DNA from: Eledone cirrhosa
Taxonomy: Eukaryota
DNA length: 64,000 bases
Reading direction: 5' to 3'
NCBI GenBank assembly: GCA_964016885.1
Contig: OZ024742.1
Coordinates: 114,948,001-115,012,000, forward strand
Below are positions 39,280 to 51,912 of the stretch, in pieces. The notes under the pieces were generated by a model that was not told where the DNA came from, did not search any database, and saw only the letters and a list, made by a program, of their open reading frames with translations. Both the position numbers and the translations under genes were made by a program. How positions within the stretch are numbered: the stretch's first letter is position 1; every line of letters starts with the position of its first letter.

Positions 39280-40330
39280 TTACATGTTATATATATATAT
39301 AAAAGTTGAGTTTAAACGATGTTTACAAGAACTAAATAAATTATTTCGCAAATTAATAGAGTTCTTACATTTTAGTATAAAACATATTTCTTCAACGCAA
39401 AGTGAGCAATTTTGGGATAGAGCAGTGTATGATGGAGCTTTGGAGATAATTTTCCAAAATAAAGAAGAGTTAATATTCTGGTTAGGTTTTAAGTTCCTAT
39501 TATTAATTCTAATAATATTCTGCGCTAAATTCATAGTGGTGGAATATGAGAGTTTAATAGTATGTCTATTAAAGATTGAGTAATATCTGTGTGTTTTAGG
39601 ACAGCACGTATCTAGAGCTTTAAAAAATAATTTAGCTATAGGAGTTTTAATGTTTAATGAGAAAGGGGGAGCGAACAATAATATATTTCTAGTTCTATAT
39701 TTTTTTTTGATCTTTGAGTTAGTGCAAGGTTTACTATTATAATTATATTTATAGTTATGGTTAATTGGCACATCCTTATTGTCAATGTATTTAATTTCAT
39801 TACTATAGCCTGCTCTACTTAGCGCTTCGTTATAGTATTGTGCCTTATCTTCAAATATATTTTTATTCGCTGAAATTCTAGAAATACGTTGCTGCTCAGA
39901 ATTTACAATAGTGTTTTTAACGGATCTCGGGTGATTGGAATTAATGTTAACATAGTTTAAATTCTCATTTATTTTATGAAATGGATAATAAAGACCAGTA
40001 TTAAGGTTTAAATTTATTTCTAAAAAATTAACTATTTTATAATTATTCTCTACTTCTACTTTAAGATTAACGCTATGAAAAAATTGTATAATTTCATTTC
40101 TTTTCCTATTTATTTCACAATTATTATTATTTTCAATAAGCAATAGCATATCGTCACGATATAAACCACCGGTCATCGCTGGTATTTTCTATGTAAAGTA
40201 TTGTTAATAAAAAGCCACACAAGATCCGTTAATTGCGCCGAGTCCGATGACCCCATAGTGAAATCGAAATTGTTATCCCTATCTGATCTAATCCAAAGAT
40301 GGTTGCTAAATTTAATTAATGTTTGTTTAA
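39280..40330 (-). mobile_element. PLE fragment (same lineage as 15490), internal deletion of most of the GIY-YIG domain
   Basis: FDFTMGSSDSAQ, GLYRDDML, SNHP, LLFAPPFS, CSLC.EE. Confidence 0.88.
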
Positions 40331-40342
40331 TGTTTTACGTGC

Positions 40343-40379
<37 letters not shown>

Positions 40380-42804
40380 CATATATATATATAACATTAT
40401 GTAAATATATATGAATTAATCAACGAATATAATGCATATACTAAAGTAAGCAGTCAAATCACCTTACAAAGACAAAATACATATACATGAAATCAATATA
40501 ATAAATAAATAAAAGTAAAAAATAAAGTCAAATATAAAAAATGAAGATAAAGAAATTAAAAAAAAATAGCAAGTTGAATGCGATACAAAAGAGGAAAAAA
40601 ACACAAATAAAAAATATAAACAAACACACGTGGTAAGCAAATGCAATAAAATAATATATATATACTTATATATAACATATACATATATATAACATCCCTC
40701 CAGCGATGGGTAAAAAACGCCACCTGGTTCAACAACTACGAAATGGACTTCAAAAATGAACAACATACAGGTAACCCATTTTTAAAACAAACTAAAACTC
40801 ACACACCACATGCACAACAAATAACAAAACAAGTAACACAACGTCCAACATACCCCCAGCAAAACTATAACGATAATCCCAGAAACCATAGACAAAACTA
40901 TAATCCTATTAACAACAACCAAAGATCCCCGAACACGAGGCAGGACCCGATCCGCAGATCACAACCCACACAAAACCTATTCCAAAACCGTAGACCCCTG
41001 CCCACACAGAGCCTGTTCCAAAACCGTAGATCCCAACCCACAGAAAGGAACAAAATCTACAACCTGGACTACCAACAAACCGAACCTCAATACGTCCGAA
41101 ATGTCTATACAAGACCACACAACAACAGGGGAAATAACATTAGATATAATGATACCATTGAAAAAACATTCCAGAAAAATCATTTTTTAGACCAAGGCTA
41201 CAGAACTCACGACACCCGGTGGCACAAACCGATTTTGAAAAACCGAAAATAATCAACCTTTCAAATACAAACCTCTGAACCCAACAAGTATAAATGATCT
41301 CCAAAGGACTGAAATTCACACCAACACCACAATACTCTAACCCAATGAGATAAATGACGATATCTCACACTTCTGTATAAAATTACGTCTCACAGAAGAA
41401 TTCTTTGACAAGGAGAATAACGACGAATCAATTGTACGGAATAAAAGCAGCTACAACCCAACAAAAGGTAGAAACAGAGTTCTGGACACATTTTGAGACC
41501 ACATAGCTACCTTCCCATACCATGAACTACCGTAACCTAAACCCAAACCCAACACGAGTCGAAGGGAATGGGAGATTATCCATTAACTAAAAAAAAATAC
41601 GGACATTAGGATTAAGGAAGCGACAAGGGAAGTACTGTTGTCATTATGGAGGCTGAATAAAAAACAATTCTATGTTCTCTCTCTTACAAAATACTAATTA
41701 CTATGAAAGAGTAAAAAACTACCAGCAATCAAAAACAATGACCAGATTAAACACATTGATTTATCGATACCAGGAAGACCTAACTAAAAAGGAAAGCGAT
41801 TATTAACACATTTTGAATACAAAACCAGCAACCTTTACGGACTTCGGAATATCCACAAGTGTAAAATAATTAACGATGCCTGAAAACAGTTCACCTCATC
41901 CTGCATGAACACACAATATCCCACAGACCTTAAATAAAGATCAATTGTAGCGGGCCCACAATGTGAAACACACAGACTGAGCAACTTTAGAGACATACTA
42001 CTAAAACCAATTCTCAAACACATAACAAGCCGTGAAAGAGACTATCTGGACCTCTTAAACAACCTCCCCAAACATGTCGACAACGACACTATTATTGTGT
42101 CTTTCGATGTAATGAATCTCTACACAAAGATCCCACACCAATACGGACTAGAAGCAATAGGATTCTGGCTAGAGAAATATCCCAATGAGATACCTGACAG
42201 AATAGAAAAAAGCTTCATCACCGAGGGATTAAAATTCATCTTACAGAACAACTTTTTTGATTTCGACGGCAATACTTACAAGGAAATATCGGGGACTGCG
42301 ATGGGTACAAAAGCCGCTCCAACTTATGCCAACTTAGCCATGGCATACTTAGAAGTCCAGATATATGAACAGTCCAAATTAAAATACGGATTGAACTTCC
42401 ACAAATATTTATCAGAGAATTGAAAACGCTACTTGGATGATTGTCTCATTCTTTGGTCCCACACACTCGACCAACTGAAGGATTTCAAAAATTTAATAAA
42501 CGGCATCAATAACCACATTCAATTTACAATGGAATACAGCCAAGATCAACTCCCATTTCTGAACATCTTAATCTTAAAAAAAGACACAAATATTGAAACT
42601 GACGTACACTACAAACCATCAGATTCAAAACAATACCTGCTATTCACCTCCAACCATCCAAAGCACACGGATACGAACATTCCTTTTAACCTAGCAATAA
42701 TAATTTGCACAATTGTCTCCAATTATGAAACGCGAAATAAAAGATTTCAAGAATTAAAGGAAATTCTACTCGAGACAGAGTAACCGCTATTACTAATAAA
42801 TAAT

Positions 42805-43178
42805 TGTTTCTACTTTAGGCACAAGGCCAGCAATCACCAGTTCATTACTGGTACTCTATTTTATCGACCCCGTAAGGATGTAAGGCAAAGTTAATCTCGG
42901 CGGGATTTGAACTCAAATCGTAAAGGGGCGTAACTCTGCTGGAAAACATGGCGTCCTACCATCTACCGATACTGCCAATCCACGGCCATTGAATTGTTTC
43001 TACTTTAGGCACAAGGCCAGCAATTACCCAGTGTATTACTGGTAATTTATTTTATCGACCCCGTAAGGATGAAAGGCAAAGTCAACCTCGGCGGGATTTG
43101 AACTCAGATCGTAAAGGGACGTAACTATGCTGGAGAGCATGGCATCCGACCCTCTACTGATACTGCCAATCCACCGCC
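42805..43178 (-). mobile_element. Head-to-tail SINE dimer inside the PLE ORF, single 12-bp TSD
   Basis: TSD ctaataaataat at 42793-42804 and 43179-43190. Confidence 0.92.
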
Positions 43179-44886
43179 CTAATAAATAATGGAATAGAAA
43201 GAGCTAAAGCAATAGGCATTGATGAATTACGAACTCAAAACCAAATTCAAGGTACGTCCAATATTCTATCATATCTCAACACACAACCCAAGAAATGCGG
43301 AAGTTTTTAACACCATTCACAAGAACATCCCACTAATAAAACAAAACCCAGGAATGAAAAAAGCCCTTGAAACACACAAAATAATCAAAAGCAAAAGACA
43401 ACCGAAATCACTGAAAACATTACTCACCAATGCCAAATTACCTACCACAAACCCACAACCAAGTATCAAAAATGTGGTCGCTCTAATTGTGGAACCTGCA
43501 CTCACCTCATTGAAGGCAACACGTATACATTTAAATTAGGAGAATATTCTACTGTAAAAAATCACTGCACTTGCTCATCAAAAAATCTATTGTATGCAAT
43601 TAAATGTAAAGGATGCAATGAAGGTTATATAGGACAAACTAAACTCACACTCAGAAACAGAATGACAGTTCATCGCCAACAATTACGAGATCCAACCACA
43701 AGACAGATACCACTAATCGCTCATCTAGACATTTGCGCAAGTAATAAGACACCCAAATTCCAAGTCTTCCCATTTTACGTTTGCGCTAACAATACAACAG
43801 AACAAATACGAATAAATAAGGAAAATATGTTTATTCAAAAATATAGACCAGCATTAAATATGGTTTAATATGCATTATGTCAACAGCATAATATGACATA
43901 CACACAAACATAACACCTTCTACTTTAGAAAATAAAAACCCGAACTAAATAAACCTTAACATACGTTTGCACTGACAATACAACAGAACAAATACGAATA
44001 AGTAAGGAAAATATGTTCATTCAAAAATATTCCTACTAAAGGAATCATTTTCCTACACACACACACAATATATATATATATATTCTCTTCATCTTAACAT
44101 GCTAACCATACTCCAACACACATAACACCCATACACACACATAATAACCCCCACACCCACATACACAACTCCCTCCCCCATTTCTACTAATAGAATCACT
44201 TTCCTACACACATATATACACACACACAAAATATATATTCTCTCCATCGTAACATACACGCACACGCATACCCATAACACCCATATATACACACACACAA
44301 CTCCCTCCCCTATTTCTACTAATAGAATCATCTTCCAATACACACATTCACACACACACACAAGCACACAAATAAACATACATATCTTTACTTTCTTTAT
44401 TCAAGAGAAAATCTGAATTCTGACACCCCAGCGAACTAACCATATTCAATGAACAAGAACAATTCTCCCATCCCATTTCTCTTGACCACTATCTTTTGCT
44501 TGTCATAACATTCTCTAAAAAGGCTACAGAATGGATTTCATAATAGGGGCGCGAAAATTTAATGAAAACTTGTTCACGTGACAGCCATAATTTCATTTAT
44601 AAGCAATCAAATTACGCTTATTTAAAAAAAAGCCTCCGTGAGCCCCTTTTTTCAAGTAGAAAGAAATTCAAACACTCATATATGAAACAAAACAACCTGT
44701 GACACCCTCCCCCCTGTTTGAAGAACTTTGTAACGCGAACTGGCGCGAAATTTATTATAATTATTGACCAACGAATCAAATTACTTCTCGAAAAACCTGG
44801 CATTTCGAGCCACTTTTTCCATATAAAACAAGTAATATTCAGAGACCAACCATATGTGAGAAAAACTGCACACCCTCCATCTCAAC

Positions 44887-44929
44887 TCTACTTTTGAAAA
44901 GCAGAAGAACTGCGAAACCGGTAAAAGAA
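44887..44929 (+). ncRNA. Minimal HHR motif with U3-A8 core in the PLE pLTR
   Basis: tt-TTGAAAA(44894-44900)-GCAG aagaa CTGC-GAAA-CCGG-TA-aa; stem I weak; decayed copy near 18755. Confidence 0.55.
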
Positions 44930-44996
44930 TCAAATAAATATACATATATTTTTTTTAAATAAGACTCCAGTTGCAATTTCGATTTCATCTTTTTTT

Positions 44997-45055
<59 letters not shown>

Positions 45056-45129
45056 AAATTTTAAGAATAACATGGTTGACAGTACAAACAAGGATATTTA
45101 TTTACAGTCTTACAATTGTTTCCATGATA

Positions 45130-45222
<93 letters not shown>

Positions 45223-45348
45223 CACATATAGATATAAATATTTATGTATATATATATACGCTTACATACACACATACACAATTGTTTATATACACACACA
45301 TATTTAAACAAATACACACACACATACACATACACAACAGGGAAATAT

Positions 45349-45380
<32 letters not shown>

Positions 45381-45429
45381 GAGAGTATAGAAGTTTGCTT
45401 GAAGCATTGTGGAACAATAAGTAAATATA

Positions 45430-47130
45430 TTTAAGTCGTTTGGAAGACTCGACAATGGAAATAGCAAAATCTCCGGGTAACAAGGTCCGGTGGTGGAGAG
45501 AGAGAGATGTAAGTGGGTGTACGTTGAGATGCGTGGTGTGTATAAGATGTGTGAGATGTGTAGAATGAAGGGAAGAGTATAAAGGATAAAATAAAAATAA
45601 CAACACAAGAGAGAGTTACCTTGGGAGAGATTTAATAGTCCCTATATATTTCGGATTCACATCCACAAGTGGTTTTTTTTTCCGGGGTGGGGGAAAAGGT
45701 TGTCTGTCGGACAAGTCCGTAACGCGTCCTTCGCTGTTTGTTGTTTTGAATATCTGAGGTATTCGGCAGAGCGCGTGTGCGCGTGAAATGGGGTTGATCG
45801 TACAGAGGTCAGCGGCCGAATGAGGGAGTGGGATGGCGCTAGCTGTCAGTCCATTCTCTCCCTGTTTGTTAAATGTTACTGTGTGTGTGTGTACGTGTGT
45901 TGTTGTCTCGCTTGAGAGTGTGTGTGTGCGTGCGTGTGTTGTTGCCTTGTTCCTCTGTATTGCCAGTGTAGTATGTTCGTATGGTGGAATGCTACTGTGT
46001 GTTTGTGCGTGTATGTGTGAAGTCGTCTCGTTTGCGTGTGTGTGTGTGTGTGTGCGCGTGTGTTGTGTGTTATTGCATCGCTTGTTAACTTAAACCAGCC
46101 ATATCATTTCGCTTCTCTCTGATCGGTTGTTTATTCGCGGTTGCAGTCGTTTGATAAAAAGTGCTTCCTTGATACGTAACGTGCCGACGTTTCTTTCAGT
46201 CGCTAGAATTGTGACAATGGGCTTTCCGTCTTTGTTTCCGCATTTGTCTATGTGTTTCCGGAAAGACGAGGCCCTGGTTTTAGTGTGTTCCTTGATCCGG
46301 ATGTGCAAAGGTCGAATTCTGCTACCTATGTAGTATTGGTTGCACCTGTCACATTCTATCTTATACACGACGTATGTGCGTAGACAACAGTTCGCATGGC
46401 GTATCGGGCAGTCTCTGAGGGAGCATGCGTCAGTAGATTTTTCGGGTTTCCTGGAGAGGCATCTTCGCAGGGAGGGGCCCGAATGGGCCAGGTGGATGTC
46501 GAGGCCCTCCCTCCGTATAGCCTTGCGGATAGCGTTGGTGGTTTTCTCGCCCAGGTGTGGCATTTTAAGGAAGCACTTGCCTTGGGTGCTTCTCGGTCTC
46601 TTGCGTCTGGTGTCTCCTATTCTGTCTGTGATCGAGGTAGGGTACCCGTTCGTCTCCAGCACCTCGAGGAATCGCTTGGTATGAGTGACACCACTCGCGG
46701 GATCGCTGCATCTGTTTTTGATTCGCGCTATCTCGTTCGTGATCTATCCACTTTTGGCACTGTTAGGGAGGGCGGACTTGTAGTGAACGAATAGGTCCCT
46801 GCAGGCTGCCTTTCGGTAGAAGTTGCAGTAGATCCTTACCTGTTCCGTGATGATGATTCGGAAGTCAAGGAAGGCAAGTGACCCGTCTTCGTTGGGGTGT
46901 TCAACACTGAAGTCAATGTTCTCGTCCGTGTTGTTGAACGTCTCATAGATTCTGTTCGCCGTGTCTTGGGAAGATGTGAAGATGAGGATATCGTCCACGT
47001 ACCTTGAGAAAAAGGCTACGACGTTGGGGTGGCAGGCGTTGAGTGCCTTGCGTTCGAGGCTATCCATGTAAGAGATCACTAGCACACCTGATAGGCTTGA
47101 TCCCATGGGCAATCCGGAGGTTTGTTGGTA
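45430..47130 (-). mobile_element. 5'-truncated Penelope/Poseidon-type PLE with 3' pLTR
   Basis: QQTSGLPMGSSLS, RYVDD, FLD, YRK (46744-47130); VVYKIEC..C..YYIGS, R.KEH, IKEAL.I (46090-46662). Confidence 0.92.
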
Positions 47131-47189
47131 TATATAATATACGAGGTATATATAATATAAGATCAACAGATGGTTAAAAGAGTTACAGG

Positions 47190-47260
47190 TATTTTATTAT
47201 GCGCATTTCAAAAACAAATATCACCATGGGATGATATCTGCGTTCTCATCTGATAAAATA
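47190..47260 (-). ncRNA. HHR copy with core CAGAUGA (U4>A, probably impaired)
   Basis: Homologous to 31182-31252. Confidence 0.65.
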
Positions 47261-47513
47261 GGGATACATGATAGGAAGCTTAAAAAACTCTTGTGAATAG
47301 TGAAGTTTTAAATCAAAATATGAAAAATAAATTAAGATTGATGTATGAGATTGGGAAAAGTGAGGGGGGAGGTAAGGGAGAGTAAAGAATGGTGGAGGAG
47401 GAGTATGAGAAGGAAGGATGAGAGAGGAGGAGAGATGGGTGAAAGAGAGAGGTAAATAGCCTTTACAACTTATATTTGCATTGCTTTATTGTGTAACAAT
47501 AAAACTCACCACC

Positions 47514-47602
<89 letters not shown>

Positions 47603-48061
47603 GTATATATATACTTAAAAATAAATAAATATGCATACGCATACAAACCTATCAACAAAAACGTACATCTTCAAAGCAGATGAGGTTGGACGATAGGATT
47701 GCAGGGCCAGAAATCCCCAGAAAGAGGATATGATCCGAAATCAATAGAGGTGTCCGAGGAACCTGCGAGTCTAGAGTCAGGTAGATCCACACACGGATCG
47801 CACCTGGAGCTGTTCGCCGTGTAAACCTTTGTAGCACACAATAAATTGACATCCGATGTATCACTGATTATATCGTTTTCCATTCTACACATATATATAT
47901 ATAAATATATATATATAAATTAATATGTATGTGATGAAACACAGATACCAACACATCTGTATATACATTGCAAAAGAAAAATTTAGCCAGATTGAAGTAT
48001 ACTAATTATTATACTACAGTTTGTCCATATCGATTTAAAATAATAAATCAACGGAGACGAA

Positions 48062-48112
<51 letters not shown>

Positions 48113-48142
48113 ATATATATGTATATATATATATATATATAT

Positions 48143-48531
48143 ATTGTTATGCTTTGGGAGGGTCATGTTGCCAATAAGAAATACAGGCACCAGTTGCTTT
48201 CACTTCAATTTATTATAAATTAAAATCCGGTTGGTTGGTTCGTTGGTTCGTTGGTTCCACAACCAGACGATTGTTCATATATTGTCAAAGTTCTTTTGTC
48301 ATGCATTATGTGACCTCTTCAGTGACTGGGGATTATTTTCTTTGTTTTTGTGCCTCTCCTTTGTTCTGTCCTACTCCATCTTGTTTTCTGTTTATGGAAA
48401 CAACGAACCAACCAACCACTCGGAAATTTATTAATTCCAAAATTTATAAATTTTATTTTTAATAAATTGAAGTGAAAGGAACTGGTACGTGTGTTTCGTA
48501 TTGGCAACATGACCCTGCCAAAGCATAACAA
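48143..48531. repeat. Fold-back element with ~115-135 bp inverted arms and a decayed central HHR
   Basis: ttgttatgctttgg.agggtcatgttgccaata pairs with tattggcaacatgaccctgccaaagcataacaa; minus strand gtca-CTGAAGA-gGTCA..TGAC-aaaa-GAAC-TT-tgac at about 48284-48325. Confidence 0.8.
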
Positions 48532-48584
48532 CATCGGTTTCAACACACGTTTTCAGATAAAGAAACATGCTAAACAAATTCGGA

Positions 48585-48670
<86 letters not shown>

Positions 48671-48815
48671 GTATATACAGAGGTTATATTTAATTTGTTG
48701 GGATTCAACAAGCTTAATCATTTATATAACTAATACAAAGCACTCAAGAGTGAGCTCCAACCGTTAAGGTTGTCTTTTTCCGTGTATGTCTATATTTATT
48801 TATAAAACAAATCTG

Positions 48816-48881
48816 TATTTCGTCTGATGAAGGCGCACCATAATTTGACTTGGTTGCCCTTGAAATATATATAATAGAATA
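48816..48881 (+). ncRNA. Type I HHR (same family as 37679)
   Basis: tatttcgt-CTGATGA-aggcgcacca...tggttgccctt-GAAA-TATATA-TA-atagaata. Confidence 0.68.
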
Positions 48882-48920
48882 AATATGGTTTTATCAATAT
48901 AGCTTCCATTTATTACTATA

Positions 48921-48973
<53 letters not shown>

Positions 48974-48984
48974 TATATATAGAA

Positions 48985-51090
48985 GTGGTTACACAACAGT
49001 TGGTTCACCATACCGGGAACAATTGTTTCACCTTGGCGGATCCTCAGTTCGTAATGAACATGGTTATACGGAACAGGAAGGACAACCGTACGCACCAGCT
49101 TGCCCAGAAACGATCATTTCACACAGCCAATTCTAAATTGCGTGTGAGAGGTGCAAGGAAGCTAACTGCGGATGTCCGAAAGTTTCTGGTTGATAAGAAA
49201 ATAAGGATGTAGTTGTGATTCTATCCGGAGCTTTGTAGTTATGTAAGAGGTGTTTCCAGACGTGTGGACAACGTGTGATGAATTCATTTCTCGTGTTTAG
49301 GCGATCACTATTGCGTACTCTCTTTAGAATATTTATTCGTTCATTAATACATAGTCCACACAACGGATTGCCCCTTGCGTATGGCTTGGACTTAGTGATG
49401 GATTTCCATTGAATGGAGTACTCTATACTTAAGTCCTTCAGTTAAACTACGTGGCTCGCGAGGTTCGTGGATGAACGTCTGTCTGGGTACCTAAAGGTCG
49501 ATTGGTGGTTCAGGAAGCTTTCCTTAAATTAGCCCTCCGCCATACCCACATAGGATTTGACTCCAGTTGATTTGGTCGGCTGGAAGTGACCACATCTTCA
49601 TAAACTACAGCGGGTGTGTTGCATTGCTGTTGAAGGGGACAAGCTTCGGGCTTACGGCAAGAGCACCCTGGTTGGGGTGTTTCTCTTAGGGCTGTTGGTG
49701 ATGTGAGCCTTCATGTTCTTAGCGCAGGAGTATCCTAGTTTTACTTTGTGTCGGTTAACGATGGAGCGGTATGTATGACCTATGGGAAAATGTCTATCTA
49801 AGAGGGTTAGAAAGTGATTGCCTACGTTGGTTTCAACGTTAAGTGAGAAGGGAGGAGAGAACCAGATAATTTGTCTACGCTTTCTTTTCTTATTGCTGTT
49901 GTTGGTAGTGGGAGTGTAAGTGATAGGTTGCGAGAAGCTTCTGTTAGCTGGCGCCGTATAGTAGGGTGCCGCCCTGTCGAAGATAGCCTTATCAGAGGAG
50001 AGGTTTGACATTCTAGTACTGATATTATTTGCGAAATTTCTAAAAACAGTGGGAGGGTGGCATGTGTCCTTGTGAATGTAATTGAGATTTTCGTTTAGCT
50101 TATGGAAGGGTATGTAGTTGTGTGTGCGAAGGTCTAAATTAATGTATACGAAATCTACGCTATAGAGGTTGGTAGCTACTGTTATCCTAAGTCCTAACTC
50201 ATTGAAGGTAGAAGCTAAGTCCTTTTTAAACCGGTCGAGGTCGTGACCACTTTTATGTCTCGCTAAGATCAGTCCATCGTCAGGGTATATCCTCGTGTGA
50301 AAGTCCGGGAATCTAACACGTGATATATCTAAAATAAATAGGCCAACAAAATAGCATACGTCAGCACTGATAAACGATCCCATGGAGACGTCGAATAGGT
50401 CTGAAGTTGTTGACCTTTTTGCCCTGGCTACTCCGTAGTTGAAGGGGAGGGTTTTCCGGCAGTGAGCGATGATTTCCCTCTCTAAACCATCGACGGTACT
50501 CTAAGTGGTAGCAAAGTCCAATATTTTGTTTAACAGGGTCTCTGAGATCGACGGGAAAAATCAACAATTTCAAACTGTGTGAACTTCGATTTTTGGGGAT
50601 TTGAAGGAGTTAAACCACTTAATTAAGGAGTCGTTGTACTCTCACTGGGACAGGTTGGACTTGGTCCTAATGGTCTTAACTATGTTTCTAATTATGGCCT
50701 TACGGACTTGATCCATATCAGTGCATGCCGGGTTTATTAGTCCACATGTGGGGTTAGAAGTAAAGTCTACATTGTGATCTTTCAGGGTGGGGAACGCCTC
50801 CCGCTTAGTTAGAGATTGTAGCTTCTTATCTACTGTAAGGGCGGCGGCAAGTTCTTTGGCTTCTGTATTAATATAATGGTAGGCCATAGGGTTAACCATC
50901 TTGTATTTGTATGTAATAGCGTTGTGGGCCAATTGGCGGAAAGTGATATTGTCGACTTCGTAAATATTATTAGTTTTGTCGGAAAAAACGAAAGTGTTAT
51001 TAGAAGGCCTAAATTTCTTAATGTCATTTCTAAGTTTAGGTGTTAGGTGTTAGGGTGTTTGTGAAAGGAAATGTTAGCGACTAAGTCAAG
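48985..51090 (-). mobile_element. Degenerate PLE (RT + GIY-YIG + pLTR with HHR motif at 49013-49052)
   Basis: TLKDH..F..NPTCGLINPA, FDVSMGS, YPDDGL, IIWFSPPFS, CGLC.NE; minus strand CTGAGGA-tCC..GGt-GAAA-CAATTG-TT. Confidence 0.9.
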
Positions 51091-51912
51091 AAGGCCGATA
51101 AAGGGAGTGCGGTAGTCCTATAGTAGAAGGAATATTACACAATTCCAGTACTCTCCATTTTATAAGACGAAGCATACTACGAAAAGGCTGAACACTACAG
51201 TAAGGAGAAAATAACGATAAACCGAAAAACTCTGGTAAACCTTTGCAGAGAAGGACTTGCCAACAAGGAACATTATATCCTTGACTTCAAAAATAAATCC
51301 AGTTATTTGTTACGGTATTCCTAAGATATAATTAGAAATTATTGCAAGGGAGCCAATGGCCCCTCACCTCAATTGCCCAAGTAAGATATGGAGGAATATA
51401 TTAACTAGGAAAGCAGCTATAAAATTGGCACAACCACGACCTGATGTTTAGTAAAACACATTTGAAGTGAATGGTGAGTGATGCACCTCTATGATCAGCA
51501 GCTGGCAAGATGTGCGTCTCGAAGATTTATTAGATTTTTTTGCAGATGGTAATCTCTTGTTGGGAGATGAATTGTTACACAGAGTTGAACAAGTAATGTT
51601 TGCTATTTTCACTTACCGAAAAGGGGAAAATCTGCTAATTATTGGTATCGACTTAATACCGACGAGATACATACATGGAAACTAAACTTTCTGGTGCTTT
51701 ATGAGGAAATGTATTACTGAATGAATAGATGAGAAACAGTAAAGAGAATATTTGTTAGAACACTAATTACAAATCACAATGTTTTATGGGATAGAATCTA
51801 ATAGAAAAATAACCTTCACACTTCGATTTACATAAGGACACCCACCCATTAATACACAAATGAACATGTGTGTGAGTAGGTTTCTGCATATATATATATA
51901 TATATATATACA

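Larger units (their letters stand above)
40743..44990 (+). mobile_element. Near full-length degenerate Neptune-type PLE (RT, Cys linker, GIY-YIG, 3' pLTR)
   Basis: IINLS, KGLKFTPT, SFDVMNLYTKIP, GTAMGTKAAPTYANL, RYLDD, YKPSDSKQYL, LYAIKC..C..GYIGQT; multiple stops and frameshifts; clade label inferred from motifs. Confidence 0.88.

Noticed and set aside
47650-47890. Possible LINE C-terminal fragment
   Set aside because: Too short and degenerate to assign
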